DNA of 59,582 bases, from positions 1-59,582 of the forward strand of contig CAYOYV010000011.1 in the NCBI GenBank assembly GCA_964408285.1. Direction: 5' to 3'. The position numbers and the translations under genes were made by a program. Positions within the stretch are counted from its first letter, which is position 1. Every line of letters begins with the position of its first letter. Shown piece by piece: positions 50,180 through 59,582 of the stretch. This DNA is from an uncultured Nitrososphaerota archaeon. Its GTDB lineage: Archaea; Thermoproteota; EX4484-205; JAAOZO01. A model generated the notes under the pieces. It was not told the origin of the DNA, ran no database searches, and was given only the letters and a program-made list of their open reading frames with translations.

Positions 50180-50281
50180 TCATTGCACCCCAAATCGCCC
50201 AATTCTGAGATTCCAATTCAGACGCTGCTGAACCAACGTTAATATTCCTCACATTGGGAAGTCTATGATGTACTCAGAGGA

Positions 50282-51433
50282 ATGAGCCCTCATTCTGAGA
50301 TATCAATTGGAGGCATTATTCCACCGATAGACGAAAGATACGATCTGAGGGAGATCACAACTTTCATACCCAACAAGAAGCTTCCCATACATAACTGGTT
50401 CTATTTCAAGGAAGGATTCTCCGCAGACTTCGTTAGACTTGCCCTAACATGGATGGATAGGACGCAGGGGGTAATCCTTGACCCATTTATGGGCGTAGGA
50501 ACTACTCCGCTGGTAGCAAAGGAGCAAGGACTCAGGAGTGTCGGAATCGATGTCTCTCCTCTCATGGTGCTAATTGCGAAAGTGAAATGCAGAGACTACG
50601 ACATAGATAGATTGATTACTGCCGCGGATCGCATCTTTTCGGTGAAGTTCTCCAGACCTGACCTTGGGAGGATTCCCAAGTTCATCAGAGCATATTTTAG
50701 CAGGTACACCTTGGAGGATGTGATCTTCTTCAGGGACCTAATAAACGATATAGACGAAGTCGAGACAAGAGAATTTCTGTTGGTGGGACTCATTTCCGCA
50801 ACGGCTCGCGCATCCTATGCATATAGGGATGGGTCACTGTTGAAGATAGTCAAGAAGGCCGTTCCTCCATTCAGGAAATTCTACAGGGCGAGGATTCGCA
50901 GAATGATAAAAGATCTGGAGAAATCGGATCTTCACGGGCCAGAGCCTGATCTCTACCTGGGTGACGCGCGGCTTCTAAAGGAAGTGCAGGATAGCTCGAT
51001 TGATCTAGTGATCACATCGCCCCCTTATCTTAACAAAATAGAATACACAAGGGTCTATGCATTGGAATACGCTCTTTTCCTGCCAAATGCGGAGCCAAAC
51101 CAAATGAGATCATACGTAGGGACTAATGTAAGTCAAGATGTTTCGCAGTATCCTGAGTTCCCCCCCGTCGCTGGTGCCTATTTCAAAGACATCCAAGCAG
51201 TCTTGGGGCAGATGAGAAGAGTCCTCAGAGACGGAGGAAAGGCAACAATACTCCTAGCTGGAGGGGTCTTTCCGAACATGATCGTCAACACAGACATCGT
51301 ATTGGCCAGCATTGCTTCTGAACTGGGATTCAAGATAAATGCAATTGTTGCCCTTAACAAACGTGTGGCCACTCGTGACAGAGTGGAGAAGATCGGCTGG
51401 GCAAGGGAAAGTGCTGTAATCATTCAGAAATGA
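50282..51433 (+). CDS. Orphan DNA amino-methyltransferase (probable N4-cytosine, alpha-type motif order)
   Basis: Motif I DPFMGVGTT precedes motif IV TSPPY with a long intervening region. Confidence 0.82.
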   Translation: MSPHSEISIGGIIPPIDERYDLREITTFIPNKKLPIHNWFYFKEGFSADFVRLALTWMDRTQGVILDPFMGVGTTPLVAKEQGLRSVGIDVSPLMVLIAKVKCRDYDIDRLITAADRIFSVKFSRPDLGRIPKFIRAYFSRYTLEDVIFFRDLINDIDEVETREFLLVGLISATARASYAYRDGSLLKIVKKAVPPFRKFYRARIRRMIKDLEKSDLHGPEPDLYLGDARLLKEVQDSSIDLVITSPPYLNKIEYTRVYALEYALFLPNAEPNQMRSYVGTNVSQDVSQYPEFPPVAGAYFKDIQAVLGQMRRVLRDGGKATILLAGGVFPNMIVNTDIVLASIASELGFKINAIVALNKRVATRDRVEKIGWARESAVIIQK

Positions 51434-51495
51434 CATTCAGCCTGCTCCCTCTTATCGGGGACGCGGGCGTCGACCATGGAATAGGGCTGTTCCTT

Positions 51496-51771
51496 TCAAA
51501 TCCGCTGAGATCTCAGCCATCTAAGAATGAGCAAGACCTCTTCAGCCAATTGATCCTTCCGAATCCTGTACAACCTTATTCCCCCAACTGATTCAGTCTC
51601 GACCAATCCAAGCCTGATTAGGTTCCTTAGATGAGCATTTGCCGTCCTTGGGTAGATTCTTGATTCCCTCGATATCGTGTAAAGGTTCCGTTGTTCCCCA
51701 TCAATGAGCAAAGACATTATCTCTAAATTATGCTTGTCCCCCAATATTTCCTCCCACTTCAGCTTAAGCAT
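51496..51771 (-). CDS. Small winged-helix (ArsR-like) DNA-binding protein
   Basis: NLYTISRESRIYPRTANAHLRNLIRLGLV...IRLYRI. Confidence 0.8.
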   Translation of the reverse strand: MLKLKWEEILGDKHNLEIMSLLIDGEQRNLYTISRESRIYPRTANAHLRNLIRLGLVETESVGGIRLYRIRKDQLAEEVLLILRWLRSQRI

Positions 51772-51777
51772 TGCTAT

Positions 51778-52866
51778 TCAACCGGTCAACCCTTTCGCAG
51801 GCATGCCAAGAAGTGCAACCTTGACCTGTCCCTTCTCCTCAAGGATATCCACAATGCCCTCGAAATCAAGTTTCCTAAGTTCTGCGATCTCTTCCTCCTT
51901 CACGATTCCCAGCTCTGAGAGCTGGAAGTATGCCCTTTCCTTTGAGGCAGAGGCGTTGGCGACTTTCTTCAGCAACCCGATTACGCTGGATGATAGTTTC
52001 CTAAGCTCGGCCTGCTCGATCACTCCCTCCATCCTTGTCTGGGCTATCCTGAAATGCTCAGGTGCGACGGTTTCCGAATTCTCCCAATCGGCCTCCCTTC
52101 CGGCAGCGAGCATCAGTTCCAATCCATACCTTGCAGAACCATAGCCGAATTTCGTGGCCATCCTACTGGCTATTAGCAGATCATCCTCGTTTATTGTGCC
52201 AGGAAAGAAGGCATGTTGAGTCCTCGACTGCAATACGTCGCGCATTTGGTCATATTCATATGGAACGTAAGAGGTCTTTGTTCTCCATATATAATTCCTT
52301 ATCCAGCTCTCCTCGAAATATACCGAGAAGTCCTCAACTCCTGCCAGTATGAGGAATATGCTCCCCTTGCCTCCCTCGTGCCCCTTAAGCACGTCATAGA
52401 TAACTGAGGTCTTTCTTCCGACTGACCTGAGAAAGGAATCAAAATCATCAAGAGCTATTAGAATCTTCTCCTTCCTGTTGCTCAGATATTCCTGAATGGC
52501 TTGGAGCAATTCTGTTGTGCTGTATCCCCTTGAGCTGATCCCCGGTATGAGCTTGAGTGCGAGCATCTGAAGCAACGCATAATCGGAGATCGCGAATCTG
52601 CAGTTCAGATATTCTGTTCTGAGTCTGACGGCCTTTGCTCTCGACTTGCTCTCTATCAAGGACAATGATCGCCTGACCACAGCAGTCTTTCCAGTCCCAC
52701 TTGGACCGACCACCATCACCGCCCAAGGAACTTGCTCGATCCCCTCTGCCATTGGTGCAAATAGCATGGTCATCTCATCGACATGCTCTTCCCTGTGTGG
52801 CAGCTTCTCGGGCATATAGGAAAGGCTTAGCTTGGATATCCCGTCTCTTTGGAATATTCTCCCCAT
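51778..52866 (-). CDS. Divergent Cdc6/Orc1-family AAA+ ATPase
   Basis: LSLSYMPEKLPHRE, GPSGTGKT, YLNC, IALDDFD and GSARYGLELM; short C-terminal domain. Confidence 0.85.
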   Translation of the reverse strand: MGRIFQRDGISKLSLSYMPEKLPHREEHVDEMTMLFAPMAEGIEQVPWAVMVVGPSGTGKTAVVRRSLSLIESKSRAKAVRLRTEYLNCRFAISDYALLQMLALKLIPGISSRGYSTTELLQAIQEYLSNRKEKILIALDDFDSFLRSVGRKTSVIYDVLKGHEGGKGSIFLILAGVEDFSVYFEESWIRNYIWRTKTSYVPYEYDQMRDVLQSRTQHAFFPGTINEDDLLIASRMATKFGYGSARYGLELMLAAGREADWENSETVAPEHFRIAQTRMEGVIEQAELRKLSSSVIGLLKKVANASASKERAYFQLSELGIVKEEEIAELRKLDFEGIVDILEEKGQVKVALLGMPAKGLTG

Positions 52867-52869
52867 CTT

Positions 52870-53544
52870 CTACTCCTTGCTCCTTGCTTCGAGGACTATT
52901 TCCTTAGCATGGCTAGTACCTATTATCGATGCTCCTGCCTGAAGTATGTCCAGCGCCTCCTTTAGATTTCCTATTCCGCCTGCGGCCTTAATCGGCACCT
53001 TCCCCCTCGTAGCGTCCAGCATGGTCTTGACATCTCCAGTCGTCACCCCTCTCGGCCCGAACCCCGTTGAGGTCTTGAGATAGTCGACTCCGGAAGTGGC
53101 AATGGCAGAACAAAGCTCCGTCAACTGCACCCTATTCAGATAGCCGACCTCAGTGATGGCCTTGACAAGAACATTGCCATATGACTTGGCCTCTCCAACC
53201 ACGCTATCTGCTTCATTTGTCACGGGTTCAAGTCCATCCGAGAGATAGGCACTCAAGTTCACGACGTAGTCTATATCGTTGGCACCTTCTTTTGTGGCCT
53301 GCTCGACCTCGTAGAGCTTCACCGCCAAGGATGAGTATCCAAATGGGAATCCCACCACTGCACATACCCTAACATCGGTTCCTTCTAGTAGTCGTTCCGC
53401 TGCCGGTACGAGATAGGTTGGCACACACAATGCGCGATATCCGAAAGAGTGGGCTTCGTCAGCCAGCAAGGTCAAATCTGCTCTCGTCGAGTTCGGGCGC
53501 AAGAGGGCGACATCGATTCTCTTTGCTATCTCCTTCCATTCCAT
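52870..53544 (-). CDS. deoC: Deoxyribose-phosphate aldolase
   Basis: VVGFPFG, KTSTGF, IKAAGGI and IGTS. Confidence 0.95.
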   Translation of the reverse strand: MEWKEIAKRIDVALLRPNSTRADLTLLADEAHSFGYRALCVPTYLVPAAERLLEGTDVRVCAVVGFPFGYSSLAVKLYEVEQATKEGANDIDYVVNLSAYLSDGLEPVTNEADSVVGEAKSYGNVLVKAITEVGYLNRVQLTELCSAIATSGVDYLKTSTGFGPRGVTTGDVKTMLDATRGKVPIKAAGGIGNLKEALDILQAGASIIGTSHAKEIVLEARSKE

Positions 53545-53801
53545 AATGACCTAATGCCGGCCAATCGATTAAAAACAATTTGGTCTCCACTGACCTCGAT
53601 TGGCTCTGATCAGTTGCTCTCACCGAATCTGCATCGGCCGAATCTCGCAACTGCCAAGTCGTGCGAAGTGTGCGTGACGAGTAAGCAAGTATGACGGGAA
53701 TGAGCTCTCTTTGTCCATTAGGAAACGTTATTAATCCCTTCGGCCCGATTGGTTCGTCCATCTTGGAGCCAGACAGCGAACAGCCCACTGGATTAGAGAA
53801 A

Positions 53802-54134
53802 ATGGTGGAAAAGGCGAAGGTGATGCTGAAGACAGGTAGAGTGACCAGGATAGACAGATCTACTTACCAAGTCGTGGGAGATCATGGCATCTACATAGTT
53901 GTGAAGGGAGTAGACGGTAACTATCATTGCGGATGCCAAGGATACATGACAAGAGGCTTCTGCTCTCATGCATTGTCTATCAATATGCTCGAGGAAAGAG
54001 CGAAGTCGAGGAGGAGACAACTGGTTTCACCGAAGCAGGAAGAGGCCTCTTCGCAAAGCATCGAGAGTGTGGAGACCGAGGAAATCAAGTCTGAGGAGGA
54101 GTCTGAAGAAACCCAGAACACGGACGACGTATAA
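53802..54134 (+). CDS. SWIM zinc-finger protein with acidic tail
   Basis: CGC-x7-CSH motif. Start at ATG 53802 inferred. Confidence 0.75.
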   Translation: MVEKAKVMLKTGRVTRIDRSTYQVVGDHGIYIVVKGVDGNYHCGCQGYMTRGFCSHALSINMLEERAKSRRRQLVSPKQEEASSQSIESVETEEIKSEEESEETQNTDDV

Positions 54135-54204
54135 TTTTAGTTTCAAAAAGGTCTAGTGCATTCCAAGATATGTATTTAAAACCGCGAAATCGCTATTACG
54201 TGAC

Positions 54205-54525
54205 ATGCCCGCTTTTGACCTTAGGAGGGCCGCTCAATCAAGCGAGGAAATCGAGGTTCTCGATGTATTCCTGAATGGGGACAGAGTTGGGATTCTGAAA
54301 GCCTATAAGGCCTCTGAGGAAGAGGCAAAGATGATCAAAACCAAGTTGAAGAGGAAGGTCAAGACGGGTGACGTTTATTCTCTCAGAGTTATCTTCAAGA
54401 GCACACCGGCGTCTGATGATCTGTTGACTCTTGACAGAATTGTAGACGAGAGATATCCTTCCCTGCCCGGAAAGAAATATTTCCTAGTGGAGAAGGACGG
54501 AGAACTCATTCGGCTACCCACATGA
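54205..54525 (+). CDS. Hypothetical protein
   Basis: Clean ORF with TATTTAAA about 30 nt upstream. Confidence 0.6.
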   Translation: MPAFDLRRAAQSSEEIEVLDVFLNGDRVGILKAYKASEEEAKMIKTKLKRKVKTGDVYSLRVIFKSTPASDDLLTLDRIVDERYPSLPGKKYFLVEKDGELIRLPT

Positions 54526-54535
54526 GGCGACTTAG

Positions 54536-55195
54536 ATGGAAAAGGCAACATTCGCATTGATCATGGTTGTGATAGGAGGTCTGATTTTCGCGTTGACTGT
54601 CCTCTTTGTCGTTAATTTGGTGACCTCGGGCTGGCCGGTGTATGATTCGATACTCGTGAGGAGAAATTCAACTCGGACGGAAACATTCAGGCCCGCAGAC
54701 GCATACACGCTGCCAAAAGGGACTCGTCCCAAAGTCATTTCGCTTGGATTGATCGAACCTTCCGGACAGAACTACAACCTTTCTTTGGCGGCTTGGGGAA
54801 ATTCGTCATTCATATTGCTACTATTGGATGAGACCAATTACCGCCTATATAATCAGAGTGCTGCTCACAAATGGCTCGGTCGCATCATGTCGCAAGGAGA
54901 GAATAGAACAGTGGCCATTACAATCACTGCACCTGTGACTTTGTACATAGTCATTGAGAACAGCAGACCCCAAGCCAACCTGTTCATCGTATTCAGTATG
55001 AATCACAGTTTCTTGTATTCTATGTTTGAAACAAGGAAAGAGATGAACATACTATGGAGCTATCTAGTACCGGCTGTCTGCTTTGTTGGCTTTGCCGTCA
55101 TGCTGATCGGATTCTTCACCCTCAGAAGCGAGGCGAGAGCGGCTAGACAGGCCTCTAGCGAAGAGCCGACCATCTACACTTACGAGGGGCAATAG
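54536..55195 (+). CDS. Hypothetical membrane protein (N- and C-terminal TM, extracellular beta-rich domain)
   Basis: Two TM segments and several N-x-S/T sequons. Confidence 0.6.
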   Translation: MEKATFALIMVVIGGLIFALTVLFVVNLVTSGWPVYDSILVRRNSTRTETFRPADAYTLPKGTRPKVISLGLIEPSGQNYNLSLAAWGNSSFILLLLDETNYRLYNQSAAHKWLGRIMSQGENRTVAITITAPVTLYIVIENSRPQANLFIVFSMNHSFLYSMFETRKEMNILWSYLVPAVCFVGFAVMLIGFFTLRSEARAARQASSEEPTIYTYEGQ

Positions 55196-55211
55196 TGTCA
55201 AGATTCCATCG

Positions 55212-55802
55212 ATGACCACAAAGTATTTGGAAAGACTGAAGTCGGTTATCATCGAGCTATATCTTCCTTCAATTGTGTTGCTCGGTATCTTGGCCGCATT
55301 CTATTTCGCCTTGGGTTTTGCACTCAAGACCCAGACGCCTGTGAGAATCGTTGAGATTGACATGGAACCCTGGTGGACTACAAGCATGTATCCGGCCCTC
55401 TTCGCAGGGGATGTTGTATTCGTGGAAGGAATCTCGCCTTCCGACCTTCAGGTCGGAGATGTGATTCTGTTCACTAGGCCTTACTCGGACAAGGTGATAA
55501 TCCACAGGATAATAGAGATCTTTGGCACAGGCGATTCAAGGTCGTTCAGAACAAAGGGAGATCACAATCCTGTTGCGGACGGATATGTTGTGAAGCGTTC
55601 GGATCTGGTTGGTCGTTGGACCGGAGTCAAAGTGCAATTCGTGGGCCTTCCGGTGTTGTTGGCTCAGACAGATGGCGGAAGACTCATAGTAATATCTCTA
55701 CTGGTCGTAATCACGTTGTATTCACTCCTAGTGGAGGAAGAAAGCCCAAAAGAGGTCAAAGAGGATCCCCCTCCGGGGCAACAGGAGCTTCAGCTCGTCT
55801 AG
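55212..55802 (+). CDS. Signal peptidase I (S26B/Sec11-type)
   Basis: TSMYPAL, GDV, IIHRI and TKGDHN..AD. Confidence 0.9.
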   Translation: MTTKYLERLKSVIIELYLPSIVLLGILAAFYFALGFALKTQTPVRIVEIDMEPWWTTSMYPALFAGDVVFVEGISPSDLQVGDVILFTRPYSDKVIIHRIIEIFGTGDSRSFRTKGDHNPVADGYVVKRSDLVGRWTGVKVQFVGLPVLLAQTDGGRLIVISLLVVITLYSLLVEEESPKEVKEDPPPGQQELQLV

Positions 55803-55947
55803 ACTCTCCGCGGAGCTTTTCCGTCTGAACATAACACCGTTAAGTTCGATCCCCTTTTTGAGCTGGACACAATACGCGATTCAGCCGCATTGACAATTCA
55901 TGAGAAGCCGCATCGTTTTTAATGGCACCGAAACGCTGTTCTGATGC

Positions 55948-57075
55948 ATGAGGGCGAAGGGGGAGATCGTGTATCTCTTCATCTACGACGTAGCTGAGGA
56001 AATAGATGTCGCGCGAATAGATAAAGTCATGGATAAGCTCCCAAAATCCGTTGCTCTAGAATACAGAAGAATAATGCCAAGATACATATCGATAGAGCCG
56101 GCTCCAATCTTCATCGATGTCGGGAGAAGAAGGATTGAGGTATTCGGGAGGGATCTCCAAGCGCAAATTCAGTCGAGAATATACGCTGTCGGAGCCATCT
56201 CGATAGCTATCAGGATGCCCTTCGAGGGGGACGTGGAAGACCTTGTCGAATTCTCGTCCGAATTCACAGTGAAGTATCAGGAACAGGAATGGGACCTGAG
56301 GAAGATCAGTAAGGTTACTGTTCAGGAAATTGTGCGTAGCATAGAGAGCCTCGTGATTCCTGTGCCTAGGCTAGATGTCATACCTGAGGAATACAGCATT
56401 TTTTGCATATCAGAAGCCGAAGGAATCCTTCAGTCAGAGGACTTCGTAGGTGCTCACAGGTCCACGATAGCTGCAATCCTAAGGGGAGAGAAGAATGTTG
56501 ATAGGATTTCAGAGGATGAGATCAAGGACGCATTGAAGTACTCAGTGTCCTATTTCAAAAGGGACATTGTGTTAATCGACTGGAGCTCGACCCTGCTATT
56601 TGAGCCCAGCGGTGAATATGAAGACCAACTAATGACCCTAGAGCTGGCCAATCTTCAACTGCTTGAACTAAGGTCCTACGATGCATACATTGATGAGGCA
56701 ATAGAGAAGGCGTATGATGACATCCGGAAACTCACATCAGGGAGTGTCGTGCTGCTTATTACGGGAGGCCCCCAAGGCACAGTCATGGAAATGGCAGAAA
56801 CTAGAATGGAGCTCGAGAAATCCGTGGAGAGTACGATGAACATTATGAAGCTCTTCGGAGATTGGTATCTTGGCAGGATCTATTCCTGCAGCTCTGAGAG
56901 ATTGCACCTCAAGGAATGGGAGGACACAGTGATGAGGAAATTGGACACCCTAGAGGATCTCTACAGCATAGCATCCGACAATGTGGAAAGCAGGAGATAT
57001 ATGGTTCTGGAGTCGATATTTGTCATCATTGTTGCTCTGGACCTCGCTCTCAGACTCATCGGTTTGATCAGTTGA
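55948..57075 (+). CDS. Conserved hypothetical protein, RMD1/DUF155-like with C-terminal TM
   Basis: LELANLQLLELRSYD and GDWYLGRIY...LHLKEW...KLDTLEDLY...LESIFVII pattern. Confidence 0.6.
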   Translation: MRAKGEIVYLFIYDVAEEIDVARIDKVMDKLPKSVALEYRRIMPRYISIEPAPIFIDVGRRRIEVFGRDLQAQIQSRIYAVGAISIAIRMPFEGDVEDLVEFSSEFTVKYQEQEWDLRKISKVTVQEIVRSIESLVIPVPRLDVIPEEYSIFCISEAEGILQSEDFVGAHRSTIAAILRGEKNVDRISEDEIKDALKYSVSYFKRDIVLIDWSSTLLFEPSGEYEDQLMTLELANLQLLELRSYDAYIDEAIEKAYDDIRKLTSGSVVLLITGGPQGTVMEMAETRMELEKSVESTMNIMKLFGDWYLGRIYSCSSERLHLKEWEDTVMRKLDTLEDLYSIASDNVESRRYMVLESIFVIIVALDLALRLIGLIS

Positions 57076-57185
57076 GCTTGTGACCGCGCGTGCGGAGAGA
57101 GAAGGAGTTAGATTAAGTTAGTTTGGGTTTGGTGGCTGTAATTCCGGCGTACATACACTGAAAGGAAAGGATAGAGAATTACGCG

Positions 57186-58517
57186 TTAGCCGGGTGCCTG
57201 AGTAGCATTTTTGCTCTCTTCATTTGCTTCGGATGTTATTTCATCTCTGCTCTCTTCTGCTGCTTCTGGAAGCAAGCCCTTGCTCTTTACCCACAGATAA
57301 ACCATCAATGTCGCGACGATGGTGGACCCTATGATGAGCGTGAGGTACCAGCCCATGTCCGCTGGAGTGAGTGCGAATATGTTCGTTTGTGACATAACAG
57401 TGGCTATCGTATTGGGAACTACGAATCCTGCACCGACAATAGCGAGAAATGCGGCGAGAAGCGTGATCTTATTGTTGAGTGCCGATAGTCGGTTGTTGAG
57501 TAGCGTCAGCCTGTTGCTGTATTCCTGCAGCTTGTTGTTTTTCTCCTGAAGTAGATTGTTCCTTTCTTGTAGTTTGTTGTTGAGATCCGCTAGCGCGTTG
57601 TTCTTTTCCTGGAGCATATTGTTTCTATCTTGGAGCATGTTGTTCCTGTCCTGCAGTTGATTGTTGTGAATGGACTGTAAACATTCAAGCCCAGACGCAA
57701 GGACCTCAGATAGGTGCTCCGCCAAGCTCAGGTGGTCCCGCACCTCTCTTATCAACATGCTTATTTTCTCAAGGACTTGGGTGTCATCGGACATGAGGTT
57801 GGCGTCGCCATAGCGGAGTGAATTTAACGTGTCCGAAGTTCCCCAGAGGCATGAAAGGTATCTGACGAGTGTGAGCTTCATCCGGTAAATCTGGTCGCCA
57901 ACTTCACTGTGCACAATCCAGTCGGCCCTCAGGTCTTTGGTCAATTCCTCGCTGCATTTGTCTATTTCCTGAAGTTGCTCGAAATTCCTTTCGTTGTTTT
58001 CATCTAAGATTCGAATAAGCAGTAGTGTTAGCCAATCGGCCTGTTCAAGGTTTTTTGGCAGTCTTCTCATGAAAGTTTCCGCGTAGCGATGTAGATTGTG
58101 AAAAACGTGAGTCTTATTGCTGCGTATTGTCACAATGACGTTTTGCTTCAGTAGCACAACTATTGGATATATCGTGATGTCGGGACCGTTCACGCTGATT
58201 GCTGGAAGAAGCAACCCCATCTCAGTGTCGTGGTCCTCACAGCCGCCGGCGAAACTGGTTCCGTCACCCAATCTTGTCAGCAGTTGCTTTATCAGCAGTT
58301 CTGAGTGGCCGAATTTGGTGCCTGTTTCGAAGATTTCCTTGTCAAAGTCGTCCACTTTGATGTCAGCCCACGCGATAGATGCTTGCTCTATCAGAGGGAA
58401 GAAATCGTCAAGGCGGCTTGAACGTTTGCTCTGAGTACCACCTGTTGTTAGGGTGAAGCAAGAACTGCGGTTTTTCTCTTCTGCTGGAGTGCTAACTCTC
58501 TCCTGCAAATCAGTCAT
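57186..58517 (-). CDS. CorA-like divalent cation transporter lacking GMN, with heptad-repeat insertion
   Basis: Alpha/beta funnel domain (WADIKV, LLIRILDENNERNFEQL), long stalk helix and two C-terminal TMs. Confidence 0.75.
   Translation of the reverse strand: MTDLQERVSTPAEEKNRSSCFTLTTGGTQSKRSSRLDDFFPLIEQASIAWADIKVDDFDKEIFETGTKFGHSELLIKQLLTRLGDGTSFAGGCEDHDTEMGLLLPAISVNGPDITIYPIVVLLKQNVIVTIRSNKTHVFHNLHRYAETFMRRLPKNLEQADWLTLLLIRILDENNERNFEQLQEIDKCSEELTKDLRADWIVHSEVGDQIYRMKLTLVRYLSCLWGTSDTLNSLRYGDANLMSDDTQVLEKISMLIREVRDHLSLAEHLSEVLASGLECLQSIHNNQLQDRNNMLQDRNNMLQEKNNALADLNNKLQERNNLLQEKNNKLQEYSNRLTLLNNRLSALNNKITLLAAFLAIVGAGFVVPNTIATVMSQTNIFALTPADMGWYLTLIIGSTIVATLMVYLWVKSKGLLPEAAEESRDEITSEANEESKNATQAPG
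57465..57665 (-). repeat. About ten degenerate 21-nt tandem repeats encoding NNxLxxx heptads
   Basis: NNQLQDR NNMLQDR NNMLQEK NNALADL NNKLQER NNLLQEK NNKLQEY SNRLTLL NNRLSAL NNKI. Confidence 0.9.
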
Positions 58518-58715
58518 GCGCCTCCACCCTTTCGCGTATGATGAAGGAGAACTGCCATAGCTTAAAGGCGTTTCGGGATATGCGTTTGCGGAAATAGGGA
58601 TGTCTGTAGATTGGGAGGGCTTGATAGGATCGACAGAGGGCTCGCGCGCTGCCGGGAATTATCGTGTAGGGCATGCATGCTATGTCCAGAGGGCTCTCAT
58701 GGAAAACCGAATGAA

Positions 58716-59582
58716 TCACTCATGCAGTAAATACCTGCGTGCCCACTCGATCTTCTTCTCCTGATGGTAGTTGAGGCTCTCATGCCCCATACCATGATAG
58801 ATCGAGATCTCCCTATTCGGATTTGTCATTTGGTTGAAGGTACCGAAAATGGTCGATGGGGGACAGACATTGTCAACCAATCCGACGGAGACGAGGATGG
58901 GGCATTCTATCTGAGGGGCGAAATTCATGGCATCGAAATACGATAGGGTCTCCGCTGTTCTATCAACATCCTGGTTGTGTAATCTTCTGTATTTCATGAT
59001 CTCAGGATACGGCCCCTCGGATGCGAAATCCAAGGCCCTTTCAAAGTGACAAAGGAATGGCACCTCTGACAGCGAAAGCGAAATTCTTCTATCGAGAGCG
59101 GCAGCTACTATTGATATTCCGCCTCCTTGACTTACTCCTGTGACTCCAATGTTTTCTATTTCTATATCTTCGCTTCCTAGGAGGAATTTCAGTGCCCTTA
59201 GGCAATCCATGTAGACATATCTGTAGTAATAGCTATTCTTGTCAGTGATTCCCCTGGTCATATTCCCGCTCCAACTCCCCGGAGGATATCTTGCGAAATC
59301 AGGAGACTCACCAGATTGTCCCCTTATATCAATTGACATTATTGCATAACCTTGCAGAATCCATCCTAGGAAGTCCGAAACAGTTCCTCTGTTTCCTCCG
59401 TATCCATGAAATGAGAGGAGAGCCGGAAACGGACCTTCCTCTCTTGGTCTCAGAAACCATGAATTTATGGGGCTCGAATCAATGAATCCATCGAAAGTCA
59501 CCAAATCGACTCGGAGTCTCTTGACGGGATAATCGATTCTTCTCGTCTTCTCATTAAGTGGCTGTTCCTCAGACAATTTGCG
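58716..59582 (-). CDS. Acetyl xylan esterase/cephalosporin-C deacetylase (CE7), 5' end beyond the window
   Basis: FHGYGG, DIRGQ, GVSQGG nucleophile, GLVDNVCPPST and GHE; frame open to the window edge. Confidence 0.9.
   Translation of the reverse strand, partial: RKLSEEQPLNEKTRRIDYPVKRLRVDLVTFDGFIDSSPINSWFLRPREEGPFPALLSFHGYGGNRGTVSDFLGWILQGYAIMSIDIRGQSGESPDFARYPPGSWSGNMTRGITDKNSYYYRYVYMDCLRALKFLLGSEDIEIENIGVTGVSQGGGISIVAAALDRRISLSLSEVPFLCHFERALDFASEGPYPEIMKYRRLHNQDVDRTAETLSYFDAMNFAPQIECPILVSVGLVDNVCPPSTIFGTFNQMTNPNREISIYHGMGHESLNYHQEKKIEWARRYLLHE

Noticed and set aside
51400-53800. Replication origin near the cdc6-like gene
   Set aside because: No repeated ORB-like motifs or long AT-rich unwinding region visible.
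57465-57665. CRISPR array
   Set aside because: Repeats are 21-nt, spacer-less, in-frame and degenerate; no cas genes in the window.

Overview
Gene-dense archaeal chromosomal window. A TACK/Thermoproteota-like origin is inferred from CdvA, the gins-mcm linkage and multi-intron tRNAs. It contains a replication/division block (intein-containing rfcS, gins, mcm, hel308, orphan cdvA), purA/purB, a tRNA-maturation cluster, class II RNR plus cobO, a complete de novo pyrimidine cluster, rqc2, endoQ, tfb, htpX, nnr, an orphan m4C-type methyltransferase, a divergent cdc6/orc1 paralogue, signal peptidase and an odd CorA-like gene. The strongest unexplained signals are non-coding: a ~260-nt promoter- and terminator-flanked structured RNA at ~40497-40752 that I cannot assign, a ~108-nt pseudoknotted RNA at 7494-7601, a two-intron tRNA-Pro, and a three-intron tRNA-Gln whose 5' leader is complementary to its own 3' acceptor strand. 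All calls come from motif recognition and hand base-pairing; no database searches were run.
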